A stretch of DNA of 64,000 nt from Rhynchopus sp. YZ270_cl-10 (taxonomy: Eukaryota), in NCBI GenBank assembly GCA_964035575.1, contig OZ037848.1, positions 1 through 64,000 of the forward strand, read 5' to 3'. A program made the position numbers and the translations under genes. Within the stretch, counting starts at the first letter, position 1; the number at the start of each line of letters is the position of its first letter. The notes under the pieces were generated by a model. That model saw nothing but the letters and a program-made list of their open reading frames with translations, searched no databases and had not been told where the DNA came from. This document shows positions 23,943 to 35,703 of the stretch, piece after piece.

Positions 23943-25380
23943 TCAGAGATCCTTCGCACAGCGGAAGCCTAGGTTGGCTGCGGAGCTGTCGGACTCAATT
24001 CCTGTACGTCCGGCGTTGCGGTAGCGATTACATGTTCTGTGTGGTGTGTTGTTTGTTTTGCTAGTTTCTAATTTTTGACCACTTAAATTTTGGACGTCAC
24101 TAAAGAATCCCCACAACATACCCTGCATGGCACATATGACTCCCCCCACGCTTTGTCTTATGCGACACCCTTGGCGATGCGTTGCTGCCGCCCTGCGTCT
24201 CAGACCGCTCCTGCACGGCCTGCTTCTCTCCGCGCGAGAAGTCGTCCTCAACCCACTCCCAGATGTTCCCTGTCATCTCGTACAGCCCAAAGGCGTTGGG
24301 GGGGTACGAGGCGGTGGCCGCCGTCCCACGGTAGCCGTCCTCCGCAGTGTTCACAAACCCAGGCAGGTCCCCTTGCCACACATTCGACCGGTGCACCGTA
24401 TCGAGATACAAACGGTCGCCCCAGGGGAAAATCTCCTGGTCCTTCCCTCCCCGTGCTGCGTACTCCCACTCCTTCTCGAGAGGCAGGCGCTTGCCACGCC
24501 AACGGCAGAAGTTGTATGCATCTCTCCAAGAGATGTGCGACGCAGGATGCGCCCACCGCGTCCCCTCAGGTCTGTCCGGCACACCCTCCGTCGGCTTCCC
24601 ATGCCACACTGGCAGGTGCTCCACACTGCTCCCAGGGCCTTCTGGGTGTTTCCAGCTGGTACCTTCAATAGAGCGCCACCACGGCGCAGATGGAACCAAT
24701 GGAGGATCGGACTCCAACAATTTTGGGTCCAAAAAGGGTTCCAGAACGAAGGACCAGTTGAACAGCTCTGCGTCAGTCAGATAGTCAGTTGCCTCAACAA
24801 ATTCGTGAAACTGTCCGTTGGTGACTTCGGTGCGGTCCATGTAGAAGGAGGCGACAGTTTCGGGGAAGGTGGGGTGCTCCGCATCGTGTTTGTTAACACC
24901 GTGGATGGTGTTGTATTTGAAGCGCACTGCGAGGCCTGGGTCGTTCGACCCGATGCGGCGCTCAGCGTCTCCCACAAAGGACTGTCCCATGGTGAAGCTG
25001 CCACCGCCAATCAGCACCATGCCTGCGTCTACCTTGCCGGAATATTCGTCTCTGTAGTGCGCAATGCAGCCGACGCGGTAGCCCTCATAGAAAGGCTCAT
25101 CCGTGCAGGCAGTGTCAGAGATGTTCCTGAAGGTGCGCGATGTGTCTGACACTTCTGTGGGTGTCGTTTCTTTGTCGGCTGTCTCGGTGCGACCCTCCGT
25201 CTTCGCCGGTTTGACTAAAGTGTTCCTCCCAGCGTTGCATCCACAGCTGCTCTCGCCTGCTGTGTCCTCTGCCGCACTGTTGTCCTTGTCTGCTGCCTTC
25301 TCAGAGGCGCACTGTGCACCCAGGTCCTCAGCGATGGAGAGGGTTGTGGTGAGACAGAGCAGCACCGCAGTGCGGTACAT
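23943..25380 (-). CDS. SUMF1: Formylglycine-generating enzyme (sulfatase-modifying factor 1); 2 exons
   Basis: Signal peptide, SSCGC motif, FYMDRTEVTN, WKHPEGPGS, RLPLEKEWEYAARGG, NAFGLYEMTGNIWEW. An 85-bp GT-AG intron (24121-24037) restores RGGSHMCHAGTCNRYR…DSSAANLGFRC with both catalytic Cys. Confidence 0.93.
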
Positions 25381-26604
25381 CTTGTGGGGTGGGGGGGGGG
25401 TGTGTACCGCCCTTCGTGAAGGGGGTGGAGATGTGTTGTCTGGGGGTTAAACGTAGGTGGTGGAAGAAAATGGTTCTCTGAGGGGCGTGGAGAAGGTAGG
25501 AGAGATGACGCAGTGGAAGGACGTAGTCATGGTGGGGAAGCGTCGCAGTATGGGTGGTGGCGACTGGAAAAGTAACGTCCTATCTCTTTCTTGAAAATTA
25601 AACGCGACAAGGACAACGCCAACCTTACAAACAGCCGATGAAAAATACGCGCAATACAAGCGTGTTAAATAAGCAAACTTTGAATTTCAAGGTAGAACAC
25701 TACTGGGGGACGTCATCGAATTCCAGTGGATAAGAGGTAGACAAGAGGTCAGGACAACCAACAATTGGCTAGGAGGACACGCGGCAGGAACCGGTCACTT
25801 TGTGGGGAAGCCAGAAATGTCTACACTTCGGCGGAGCACTTGAGCACCCGATACTGTCGAAGGCGTGTGGCCCTTCACTGGCTGCATTTTCTGATGCTTC
25901 CAAATCATTGCGGAGTTTTGATCAAAGGGTGGTTTTGCAAAATTACCACAAACACAGCAGAGAGGATCGACGATGCTCGCCGTGAAGCAACTATGAAAAT
26001 CATCGCATCAAGCTGGAAAAACAGGCGAAACTCCGGGTGTGTGTGTGGCGCACATCACAAGGTGTTTCAGAACTGGAGGGCGAAGGAGAAAAGTCATGGC
26101 GGGACCAGGCCGCACACTACCTCCGGTTCGGCAGAACGCAAGAGCACAAGACTGGTACCAAGTAAAAAAAATCTGCTCTGTTCTTTGAATTTATTGAAAT
26201 CAGAATCCAAAAAAGACGTAAAAAAGCGCAAAAAGATTTCTGTTCGCTATGAATTTTGTCTGTGCTGTTAGTTTTACACAATGTCGGGTTCTTGAAAGTT
26301 GCGGTCTCCCTTCTCCGTCGGTAGGAATACCAAAGAGAGAAGGATAAACGACGTGTTCTATTTTTGCCGTAAATGCTGTGAACAGAAACCCTAATCAGAT
26401 AATGAAGACGTTTCTAAAATAGAGAAAAAGAATTTTTTGTTTCAGACAAACGGGGCAACGGTGCATAGGAATACCCGCCTTATCCGCTGTCTGTCTGAAC
26501 ACGATAATGGAAATCCGTTACACACATTGAAATAGAGAAGAGTTGGTTAAGACACTACTAAGCCTCCGATGCCTCCGTAAATTCCGACAATCCGTTTCGC
26601 CCTT

Positions 26605-29600
26605 TCACTCCTTGCACACCATGATCAGATCCTCTGTGTTGACTCTGTCCGGCCTGTCGTACGTCCCCGAGAAGCGGCACACCCGCGTCACATCAGCCAT
26701 TGCACCGAATTTGCACACCGCCTGCTTGAATACTGCCAGCAGGTGCTTCCCAGAGGCCTTTGTGTTCTGGTTGAACTCCAACCTGATACGTGTCGGCGAC
26801 GCTGAGTACACCGCTAAGAAGACGTTCTTGCAGTAGAGCAGACCCTCCTTCACAGTGAAGCCACCCTCCCGCAGGTTCAGCATAAGCGCGTCGCCTTCCA
26901 TGCCGTCAATGAGCTCCATTTGGCAAAAGCCTGACACAATTAACCCTAAACTGTCGGAATGGTTTATCGAAAGTTTCTGCGCAATCGGCAGCACCACGCC
27001 GGGCACAAACGAAAGCGGGATATGCGGTTGATACAAGAACGGGAGTCGCACGTCGACCGTCAACTTCGCCTTGCCATGCTGCGGGTTGTGCCGGTCGCCT
27101 ACCTTCAACAGCACTGTCCGTGCACCTTCCCTCAGCTTCTCTTTCATAGTTGACCCAAAGGTGAAACAGTTTAAAATGTACATCACGACATCCAACGAGG
27201 CTGCTTGCTTGGCTTCCATTGGGAAGGTCACCTTGACGTCGTGAGAGTCCTTGCAGTTCTTTGTCAACGGGTACGCGACGTTGCAGGTGAAACTGCCGTT
27301 CACAGCGACAATCTTTTTTCCCTCTTCAGCTACATCAAAGACAAACTGGCTGGGATCTGTTAAGGTGCGAACCGGGCGTGGTGGCGGCCTCGAGCACATA
27401 GCGGCGTAGACCTGCTTCATTTGGGGTGCTGCTGCGATCTGTGCACGTTGCTGATCTGCAGTGAGGATGCCGAGACTGTCGCCTTTGCTTGCACCGGAGG
27501 TGATCTCTGCGGAGATGAACCCACCGTCGAAGTACTCTGTGTCAGGGTCGTAGATGTCAGCCTCCCCGAGAGGCGATATGAGGAACGGCATCGCAGCGTC
27601 GTCGTCGCAAGGACGGTACCGAAGACGGTCGTTTTTGAGCAGAATATCGGTGACATCGTCCACTGGTTGGATCTGCACCTCAACGATGGCTTGGCTCGCC
27701 AGTGGACTTCCGTCAGACACGTTGACGCGGAGGACCTTGCTCAGAGATTGTGGGTCCTTCGAGGTGTTGCTGTAGGTGATTGCACGGAGGATAGCGGAGA
27801 TCTCCTTGCGGGCAACGAACTTTTCTTTTTCTGCTTTGGCCGGTCGGACGAAGCTGATTTGGAGCGCTTCTTTGCAGGCTGTCATGATGCCAATGAACTT
27901 TGATTCGCAAAAAACCTCGCTAACGGTGCAACGGGAAGTCTGTGGGAGGCGCATCCGAGTTTGCGGGCTGCGGTACACCGGAGAGCCACTCTTGTTAAAC
28001 CTGAACGACTGCAGCGTTTTCAATTCCTCTTCATCATCCACAGCACGTTTGCCACCCTTTCTCCCCGTTTTCTCCTCCTCAAAGCGGTCAGAGTGCGCGA
28101 CCAGCACCGCAAATGGGAGCTGCGAATCCACGACGTCCCTCTGCTTCAAAAGAAACCCTTCCTCCCTGAACCCGATCATATCATCCTGGCAGAAGCCCTC
28201 CGCAAACTCGACCCTGACGTACCCCCCTTCGTACCCATCCGTCATAAGATCGTTTGATGTTTCAAACGAAGCAATCCGCAGTGCGCCGGCCCCTTCTGTG
28301 TACCGCAGTAACGATGATTTGCCTACAAGCGTGAAGAGCGGAAGCGTGACACGAACGTGGACAGTGGTTTTGAGTGAAGGGTGGAACAGCGCAGCGTCGA
28401 TGAGATCTGTTTTCACAGAGGCAACTTTGCCGAAGGAGTCGGTCTTGCCCACAGTGATGCCGGTTTGCACTTCAAGTTCAATCGAGCGGTTGAACTCTGC
28501 AGGCTTGATTATCGGGAGAAAGCAAATCGTTTTTATTATATCCCTCACTGCATCCATCGAGGCAGCACCTTTGAGACTGAACTGCATGCACACATGGCGT
28601 CCAGACCGGCCTTCTTGGGGACTATTCAGCAGGTTGTACCGATACACAATCTTTTCTCTCCTTCCCATGAATCCATGAAACTGCTGACTCGGCAGTCGAG
28701 AGAGAAGACGGCGCTGGCTTGGACGCCTCCCGAGAGACATCGCCAATCCGGTGGAGGAGAGTCGGGGTACCCCCCGTGGTGATGGTGGGATCGACATTTC
28801 ATGGATGTCTTCATCTTCTGCAGGGCCACGTCTCTCTAGTGTGTCGTAGAACCCAAGAACACCAACACGCAGCCCGTCGTGGAGGACATCCCACAAATTT
28901 TCGTACCCATCTCCGGTGCCAAAATCATGCTCGGGTTCCTCAAAGCATGCGGGCAGCAGGCGTATGTTGTGGAAGCCTCGCCCTTCAAAGCAGGCCTCTG
29001 GAAAGCCTAGGAGATCCCCCTTCTGGTAATTGCTGTTGACCGACATGACTAGATGCCCGCCGCAGAAGTTGTCGGTGTCAACATCCTCCACCACTGCGTC
29101 ATGGTACGGGAAAAAATCCTTGATCTTCAGATAGCTCCGCAGATGCACGGGGACACTCTGGTTCGTGTAGATCGAGTGGTAGTACTTCCTTGGAAGAGGC
29201 ACAGTCAGCGTGGCAGGGTTGTCCACAGCCTGCACCACTACCTGGGTGCAAACAGACGCGACGCATCCGGACCCGTCTGTCAAGCTGATGGTGACTGTGC
29301 GGGGTCCTTCTACGGGGTCCATAGAGACGTTGAAGTAGCGCACTCTAGTGATAATGCGTTTGACAGCATCGGCACCAGCATTGGTCAAAGCAATGACAAT
29401 ACGGTATGAGTTGAAGTCAAATTGAAAGTTTGAATCCTGCACCGATTTTGCAAGCGCCCCCTCCACAATCTCCCCAACAGTTACCCCTCGAAAAACAAAG
29501 TGCTTTCCATCCTCATACAGCATATCCGTCCCGCTCTTAAAGGTAAAAATATCGTCGCTCGTAAATCCTGCCGTGAATTCCAAAACAAGTCTCGCATCGG

Positions 29601-32289
29601 TGAACGGAGTGCCGCCACTTTCGACCACAACGATGCCATTTTGATGACAAATCCGTGGTTGGGGCGCAACCACGATGTCCGGCGCAACTGCCACTTTCTC
29701 CATGGAATCGCCTTCGGTGAAGGTAAGAGGCTTGCAATCATTTTGCACCCAAAGGTATGGGCAGCACAGCACCAGGCTCCGACGGTATGTCGTTTCAACC
29801 GACAGCACCGAACACGGCTTCGTCTCGCAGACGGTGTCCTCCTCTGCTGAGAGAAATGGGTCCGTTTCGTCTGTCACGTTCACAAAACAGAGTCGCGTTG
29901 TGACACGAATATGCCTTGCGAGGGAGCCCACCAACATTGGGTGTTTTGTCGTATAAACACAAGCACGAATCACATCCTCCACGTCTGATGCTGTGGCATG
30001 TGGCGGGATGGCTATGCTCAATACCGCAGGAGTTGCACCAGCAGGATAGATTGGTTGTTCGGAGTTGGCACCATACTCGATATCCACCTTCGGCTGCACC
30101 GACTCTTCCGATGTGAGACCCCAGAAGCTTGACAACGAAAGCCTCTCCTGTGTATACGACGACGCAGAAAACCCGTCAGAAGGCACCACACGGAAGACAA
30201 CCGTTCCGCCAAGGATCAGCCCCTTGCGATGCGCGACCTTCGCGACGTCCATTCCTCGTGTCTCCTCCGCCTCCTTCTGCTCTGTACAGCAAGACACTAT
30301 GTCACCAATGCAGTGTGTCAGCATGGCAAGCACCTCTGGGTTTGTGGTGGGAAGTGCGTCCAGCTCTTCGGAGAGGGCTTTGCGCTTTTCGAGAAGTTCT
30401 GTGCTGTTTCGCCGTAGGGAGTGAAGAAGGGCGGAAACGGATTGCTTCCAGTTCGGTGGTATCGCAACAGAGACAGTTGACGTGGGGTCGAGGGACAGCT
30501 CAGCTGGATCGGTTCTCAGGCTTTCGTGCTGCCTAGTGATGTATTTTTGTGGCTCCGTATCCGCCACCTTCATATCCAAATTGGGTGGGCACGACACCAA
30601 GCTGCGACGGTCCTCAGTCAACACAACACGCTCCTCCAGCAGCCGCCGCATCGAAAGGCACATAACAACCACACGGTGAAGAACCCCCGCAGCACGTTCT
30701 TCTGCGGTGCTAACCACATCGCGTTGCGCCCCTTCGGCGACGACAATGACCTGGCGTTGTCTCTCTAGTTCAGTAGTTTTCTGAAGCTCGGCGATTTCCC
30801 AGCGTTTTTGGATCCAGAGACGGGCTTCACCTTCGTCGTGTACGATTTTGCCTCTGTTGAAGCGATTTTCCTCTAATCGGATTAGATCCATGCGGCGAAT
30901 GTACCGTTCGTGTGCATATTTGCGTACCTTGATCTCCTGCTGTTTCAGCACCCCACGGACCTTGTCCCCAGCCACTTCGATGCTTCGTCGACACGAAGCC
31001 TCCAACTCTTGCAGCGCGTCTCTATCACCTCCCTCCTTCTCCATTCTCCTGTTCATAAGCTGTCTTGTCTCCTTTTTGTCTTCATTCGCAGCAGCTCTTA
31101 CCTCCTGCACCATAGCAAGCTTCTCTGCAACAAGCGTCGCACGGACCCTGGTCTCCAACCTTTCTGTCAGAGGAATCCAGACACGTATCCAGTGCGCCTC
31201 AATCTCAATGCGGTGGTCCGCCTCCACTGTGAACAGTCTGTTCACCCGGCGCCGCCGTTCCACCTCGCGCGACCTGCGGAGCAACCGTTCCTCTATCGCA
31301 GCGTGTCCTGTGGTGTGCGCGCGGTGCAGCAGAACAGCGTGCTGGGCAGCCTCCTTGAGGATGGCCTCTCGCTTTGCGGCTTCGTCGTCGGAGACGTACG
31401 CTTGGAGGGAGCGGTACAGCTGTGCTTGCGTGACGCCTTCGCGGTACGTCTGTCGATGTGCGGTGCTCGTCACCTTTCGTCGTTGTCTTGCTCGGTTGAG
31501 TTGAAGTTGTTCCTTGAGACGTTCTTTGTATTTGGCAGGAACATCGCGATGCTCATGGTTCATGACCGCAAGATTGGCGGAATCGACGTCAATAATTTCA
31601 GGTATATCACGCAAAGCGCGCAGCACCAAATCAAAAGCATGTTTTGTGATACGCGAACCAGATAAATCCAATGAAGTAATCGCAGGATTCGCGACGCACG
31701 CCCGCGTCGTTTTATAGATATCCTCTGGACTGAGGTTCCGATCCGCCAAATTAATGGCCGTCTGTTCCGACACGCAGGACGGGAAAAAGCTTTGCGAATT
31801 GGTCTCTGAATTCATACTCCGAGAGAGCTGCCCGAGGCAACGGAGTGCGACGGTGCCTGCTTTGCGCTGACGCCGTGCCTTGCTGAGCTTTGCCCTAGGG
31901 GAGGTAGCGCCTCCTGCCTGTGTGGATGACGACGCATCGTGCAGCATGGGTACCGTCGCTGCAGCGAGCTTATCAAGCACAACGTCGCCTGTGGTGGGGC
32001 GGCCATTCGCCATGCACGCTTCCCGACTCGTCAGTTCCGCGAGATGTTTCACAGCGCGTATGTTCTCTGCCCGTGCCTGCCGCTGCTCCTGTGTGTGTTG
32101 CCGCTGGTCGGCCGCAAAGTCCTGCAGTGCCGGGGTGGTTTCAAAAAAGAGGTTCAACCGCTCTGCCACTCTGCTCTGACTCGCAGCGTAGAAGAGATGC
32201 GCACGGCGGAAGCGTGCTTCAAGACCACAGCGGCCCTCCCAGGCAGAGGTGGGTTTCGCTTCGATGGCGGGGAGGGGTTGGGAGCGCAT
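26605..32289 (-). CDS. 1894-aa protein: LRR-like segment, long coiled coil, then ~6 repeated beta-rich modules
   Basis: Uninterrupted ORF. LRR-like 'ITSLDLSGSRIT'. Repeated motifs YTEG/FTEG, D.DT..F.GG, 'ILRAITYSNTSKDP…LRVNVSDG' and 'IITRVRYFNVSMDPVEGPRTVTISLTDG'. Confidence 0.85.
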   Translation of the reverse strand: MRSQPLPAIEAKPTSAWEGRCGLEARFRRAHLFYAASQSRVAERLNLFFETTPALQDFAADQRQHTQEQRQARAENIRAVKHLAELTSREACMANGRPTTGDVVLDKLAAATVPMLHDASSSTQAGGATSPRAKLSKARRQRKAGTVALRCLGQLSRSMNSETNSQSFFPSCVSEQTAINLADRNLSPEDIYKTTRACVANPAITSLDLSGSRITKHAFDLVLRALRDIPEIIDVDSANLAVMNHEHRDVPAKYKERLKEQLQLNRARQRRKVTSTAHRQTYREGVTQAQLYRSLQAYVSDDEAAKREAILKEAAQHAVLLHRAHTTGHAAIEERLLRRSREVERRRRVNRLFTVEADHRIEIEAHWIRVWIPLTERLETRVRATLVAEKLAMVQEVRAAANEDKKETRQLMNRRMEKEGGDRDALQELEASCRRSIEVAGDKVRGVLKQQEIKVRKYAHERYIRRMDLIRLEENRFNRGKIVHDEGEARLWIQKRWEIAELQKTTELERQRQVIVVAEGAQRDVVSTAEERAAGVLHRVVVMCLSMRRLLEERVVLTEDRRSLVSCPPNLDMKVADTEPQKYITRQHESLRTDPAELSLDPTSTVSVAIPPNWKQSVSALLHSLRRNSTELLEKRKALSEELDALPTTNPEVLAMLTHCIGDIVSCCTEQKEAEETRGMDVAKVAHRKGLILGGTVVFRVVPSDGFSASSYTQERLSLSSFWGLTSEESVQPKVDIEYGANSEQPIYPAGATPAVLSIAIPPHATASDVEDVIRACVYTTKHPMLVGSLARHIRVTTRLCFVNVTDETDPFLSAEEDTVCETKPCSVLSVETTYRRSLVLCCPYLWVQNDCKPLTFTEGDSMEKVAVAPDIVVAPQPRICHQNGIVVVESGGTPFTDARLVLEFTAGFTSDDIFTFKSGTDMLYEDGKHFVFRGVTVGEIVEGALAKSVQDSNFQFDFNSYRIVIALTNAGADAVKRIITRVRYFNVSMDPVEGPRTVTISLTDGSGCVASVCTQVVVQAVDNPATLTVPLPRKYYHSIYTNQSVPVHLRSYLKIKDFFPYHDAVVEDVDTDNFCGGHLVMSVNSNYQKGDLLGFPEACFEGRGFHNIRLLPACFEEPEHDFGTGDGYENLWDVLHDGLRVGVLGFYDTLERRGPAEDEDIHEMSIPPSPRGVPRLSSTGLAMSLGRRPSQRRLLSRLPSQQFHGFMGRREKIVYRYNLLNSPQEGRSGRHVCMQFSLKGAASMDAVRDIIKTICFLPIIKPAEFNRSIELEVQTGITVGKTDSFGKVASVKTDLIDAALFHPSLKTTVHVRVTLPLFTLVGKSSLLRYTEGAGALRIASFETSNDLMTDGYEGGYVRVEFAEGFCQDDMIGFREEGFLLKQRDVVDSQLPFAVLVAHSDRFEEEKTGRKGGKRAVDDEEELKTLQSFRFNKSGSPVYRSPQTRMRLPQTSRCTVSEVFCESKFIGIMTACKEALQISFVRPAKAEKEKFVARKEISAILRAITYSNTSKDPQSLSKVLRVNVSDGSPLASQAIVEVQIQPVDDVTDILLKNDRLRYRPCDDDAAMPFLISPLGEADIYDPDTEYFDGGFISAEITSGASKGDSLGILTADQQRAQIAAAPQMKQVYAAMCSRPPPRPVRTLTDPSQFVFDVAEEGKKIVAVNGSFTCNVAYPLTKNCKDSHDVKVTFPMEAKQAASLDVVMYILNCFTFGSTMKEKLREGARTVLLKVGDRHNPQHGKAKLTVDVRLPFLYQPHIPLSFVPGVVLPIAQKLSINHSDSLGLIVSGFCQMELIDGMEGDALMLNLREGGFTVKEGLLYCKNVFLAVYSASPTRIRLEFNQNTKASGKHLLAVFKQAVCKFGAMADVTRVCRFSGTYDRPDRVNTEDLIMVCKE

Positions 32290-32852
32290 GGCGAAAGGTG
32301 AGAGGTGCGACGGTGTCGACAGCTATTGGGAAGTGCTGCTTGAAGTGCAACTGTGCAGGTATCTTATGACAGGCGTTTGGTCGGCGCCGAAGAGTGAACT
32401 CTCAACGTCGCGTAAGCCCCAAGCGGGTGAGCGATGGCAGCATGTGGTAAAGAAAGGGTGGGGGGGTGTGTGGGTTGTCTGTGAGGTTGGTGTAGGGTGA
32501 GAGGGAGGTCGTCGCTATCGCATGGCATAAAAAAGTGAGGGGAAGCGATGTTTATTTTCCTGTAAACCTCGCCTTTTTTGTTAACGCTTTTTTTGATCCC
32601 AAACCCCCCGTTTCCCGTTGTCCTTCGACCCTCCCTTACCTGAGGTCCCCCCTCTGTAAACCCCTCCAGTCGGACGGGACCACCTTTGGCGCACTGCATT
32701 GCAAGGTGCCGTCCACAAGACAGACCCATAGCCTGCTTACTCCTTCACCGTCAATGGACCTCAGCATCCTTTAACTGGGTGAAAGGACCAGGAGACGTCT
32801 GTGGTCAAGATCACAGCCGGTCCTTATTCGCACCGCTCCCCATACCCATTTT

Positions 32853-33986
32853 CTAATCCGTTTTGGTGCTGTCACCTGCTGCACCTTCACCTGCCGCAGC
32901 CTCTGGCTCAGCGCCTTCAGGGCCTTCCTGCACCTCCATCACAAAACCGACACAGGACCTGTGTGTGTTGGGTGGGGTCAAGGGAAATAAGGGGCAGATC
33001 AACCCAGTGGAAGGTGTGTGTTCACATACATAACGTTCCAGAAGACTTGGAGCATGAAGTACGCTGCTATCATGGCAAGCTGGAGCCACACGGGGAGCAC
33101 GTATTCTGCGCACAAGTAGCAGACAGTGGTCACGGCACCGATGATGAGCATGTTGATGCCCAGCACGTAGAAGTAGTTCCTGTGGGTGAAGAGTATTTCG
33201 TTTTTTATTCGATCAGGACTTTCCATAAAAAAACAGGAAAATGAGAATCAAAGCATACTTCACAAACCCCAGAACGACCTCCATCTTATTGTCGCTGTTC
33301 TGCACATCGTAGTAGAGGCCACCCATCCCCACTAGGTCGTTCAGGTCCCGCACAAACGTCACCGCCAGCACGAACCAGTACAGTGCCACTGCGATCCAGT
33401 TCGTCCACCAGAAGGGCCACGTGGCCCAGGCGAGAACCCCTTCGGGCACAAGCAGGCCGCACATCTTGACGACAAAGGAGGTTGGCCCTGCGTCGGTATC
33501 CGCAAGCAGACTCCGCGAACTAAAGTTCGCAGGCCGGTGCGACCTTGAGAACACTTCACTCCCGTGCGGATGCACGACGTCGTCCCACTCCGGGCCAAAG
33601 AAGTACCACGCGAGGACAAACATTCTCGACGATTCGGACACCGCAAACGCATACGTGAACACCTCACGTCGGTACAGTGTCACGACACGCATGGCGCTGG
33701 TGACCTCGGGAACGTTGCATGGACAGTACCCCATGAGTGATGTGACATGTGCCTCGACCTTCTTGATGTGCACCGGGTTAGTGATGTTTAATGTGTTCAC
33801 AACATGCCGCGCGCCGCCCTCAGCAATCTGCTTTCCAGTGAGACCCGCGCCCTGTGCCAGGTAAGGGCGGAGACCTATAGAACGTAGCCACGTCACAACG
33901 GCGCCTGAATCCCATGAAGAGAGAGGCGGGACATCGGCGCAGACAGCACTGGCAAGGAGCACCAGGATCGCAAGGCTGCGGGGCAT
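32853..33986 (-). CDS. Three-exon membrane protein with signal peptide, SAM-like domain and several TM helices
   Basis: 'WDSGAVVTWLRSIGLRPY…ITNPVHIKKV' is SAM-like. Introns GTATGC…CACAG (~33258-33180) and GTATGT…CACAG (~33031-32959) join the three ORF frames. Confidence 0.75.
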
Positions 33987-35703
33987 TTTGTATCTTCAAT
34001 AAATATGTCAAAGAATCCTCCCTAAAAAAGGGTGCAAAAAACCCCCCGCTCCCTTTTAGTGAGTTGTGGAGTGGGTGTTGGGATATGTATGCAAGAGGGA
34101 GGAGCAGGAGGGGGCTGAGCAAGAGAAGTGTAGGGGGGGGGTCTGTTCTGTTCTTCTGCACATCGCTCCTTGTGGTTGTAGGGCAGAAAGAAATACAGTA
34201 GTCTGCAAACAAGGGATAGGTTGGTAAGATGATCCTAAGCCTTGTTCTTAGTCACCTTAAAAAAGGGTCATTGACACACAAAAAGCGAACTTTTGGAAAG
34301 TAGAGATTGCACAACTATGGAAACCTAACCGAAGCAACGACACTACTCCAACAATTTATCAAAAAAAACTTAGAAGATGAATGTACCTCACGCATCTTAA
34401 AAACTATAACAGACGAAGGGCCCTCACGAGAAAGCCTGTCACAACCAAGAAGAACACTGCACACATGCATCCAAAAAAGACACGGAGACGTTTCCTTCCC
34501 CCTGCACCGGATAAGAACAGGGAGTTGTATACCTCAGCACCGAACATTGATGTGCCATCGGAAACTGGTTTGCCAGTGTCACATCCACATACCAAGTTTT
34601 TTCACTCGGTAATGTACCGAATAATCCTTCTGTCGTACAAAAATCGCGCAGAAAACCCCACATAACCCCTAGCTTTCCACACTAATCATAGACTGCCTTC
34701 CACAAAACCAGTTTTGGGGCTATATGTAACCCTGAGAACAACATTGCGTAAAATACACATGTAAAAAAGAAAAGGCAAAATGGGGGAAGAAAAAGTTGAG
34801 AAACCGAGAAAGACGAACGATCCAGGAGGTGTCGTCATTGACCTTCTTCTCCGCTGCCTCTATACGATTGCCTACGTCGCAGACCACCTCCACCTGCAAC
34901 GGCTGGCAGAGGTGTTCTGTAGGGTCAAGTTGAATAAAATTAATGCACGTTTTGTGGAAGGGAGGGGAAGGGGATCTAACGAACTCCTTAAAGGAGATAC
35001 TAACGTTGACTTTGCAGGTAAGGGTGCGTCCGTGACGCGGGCACTGAAACCAGAGGCAACGGAAAAGCTAAATGACAGAACACTTGAAAGATGAATGTGC
35101 CTCATATGCACACATCGTTGAAACGAATGCTTCTGACTTGACTTAAAAAAAATCGCCCACACCACCCCAACCCCCAGAGAATGAGAGAGACCTCTTACAC
35201 TATGCTCACCTTTTCCCATTTCTGAATTGTTGTCATCATGCCAACCATCTGTAACACGTCTGCTCTTCTAGCCTTCCCCTCCCTGGTATTGTCCCCATCC
35301 CCTGCCCCCTGCCCCACCACCACACCCAGACCCACCCTGTGCACCAACGCGTAAACGGCTTGAAATCTGGGGTGACTGATTGTCTGTGCGCACAGCATAA
35401 TGCAAAAAGTCAAGTTGTAGTTATAGTACAAACGCCTGGGACGCAGGCAGGGGGACAAAAAAACACAAAAAACAAAAAAAAAATTCTCCCCTCAGTCTCG
35501 TGTAACAGCAGTGTTGTTGGCACCCCTTGCGAGAGACGCTTGGAAAACATTTTTTGGTGGGAACAGCATTTTTTTAGTTTTCGTTGTCGTACGCTTTGCA
35601 GTTGACAGAAAAGGTTCTGCGTGTCCTGTTGTTGATGTTGTTGTGATGATATGTGTTTGCTTTTGCGGGCCAACAGTGGTATGTATCATGCCCTGCATAC
35701 CTC

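Noticed and set aside
32853..33260. Apparent frameshifts or pseudogenes in this and other split ORFs (also 18-20 kb, 37-38 kb, 54 kb)
   Set aside because: Explained by canonical GT-AG introns that restore frame; no need for non-canonical introns or recoding.
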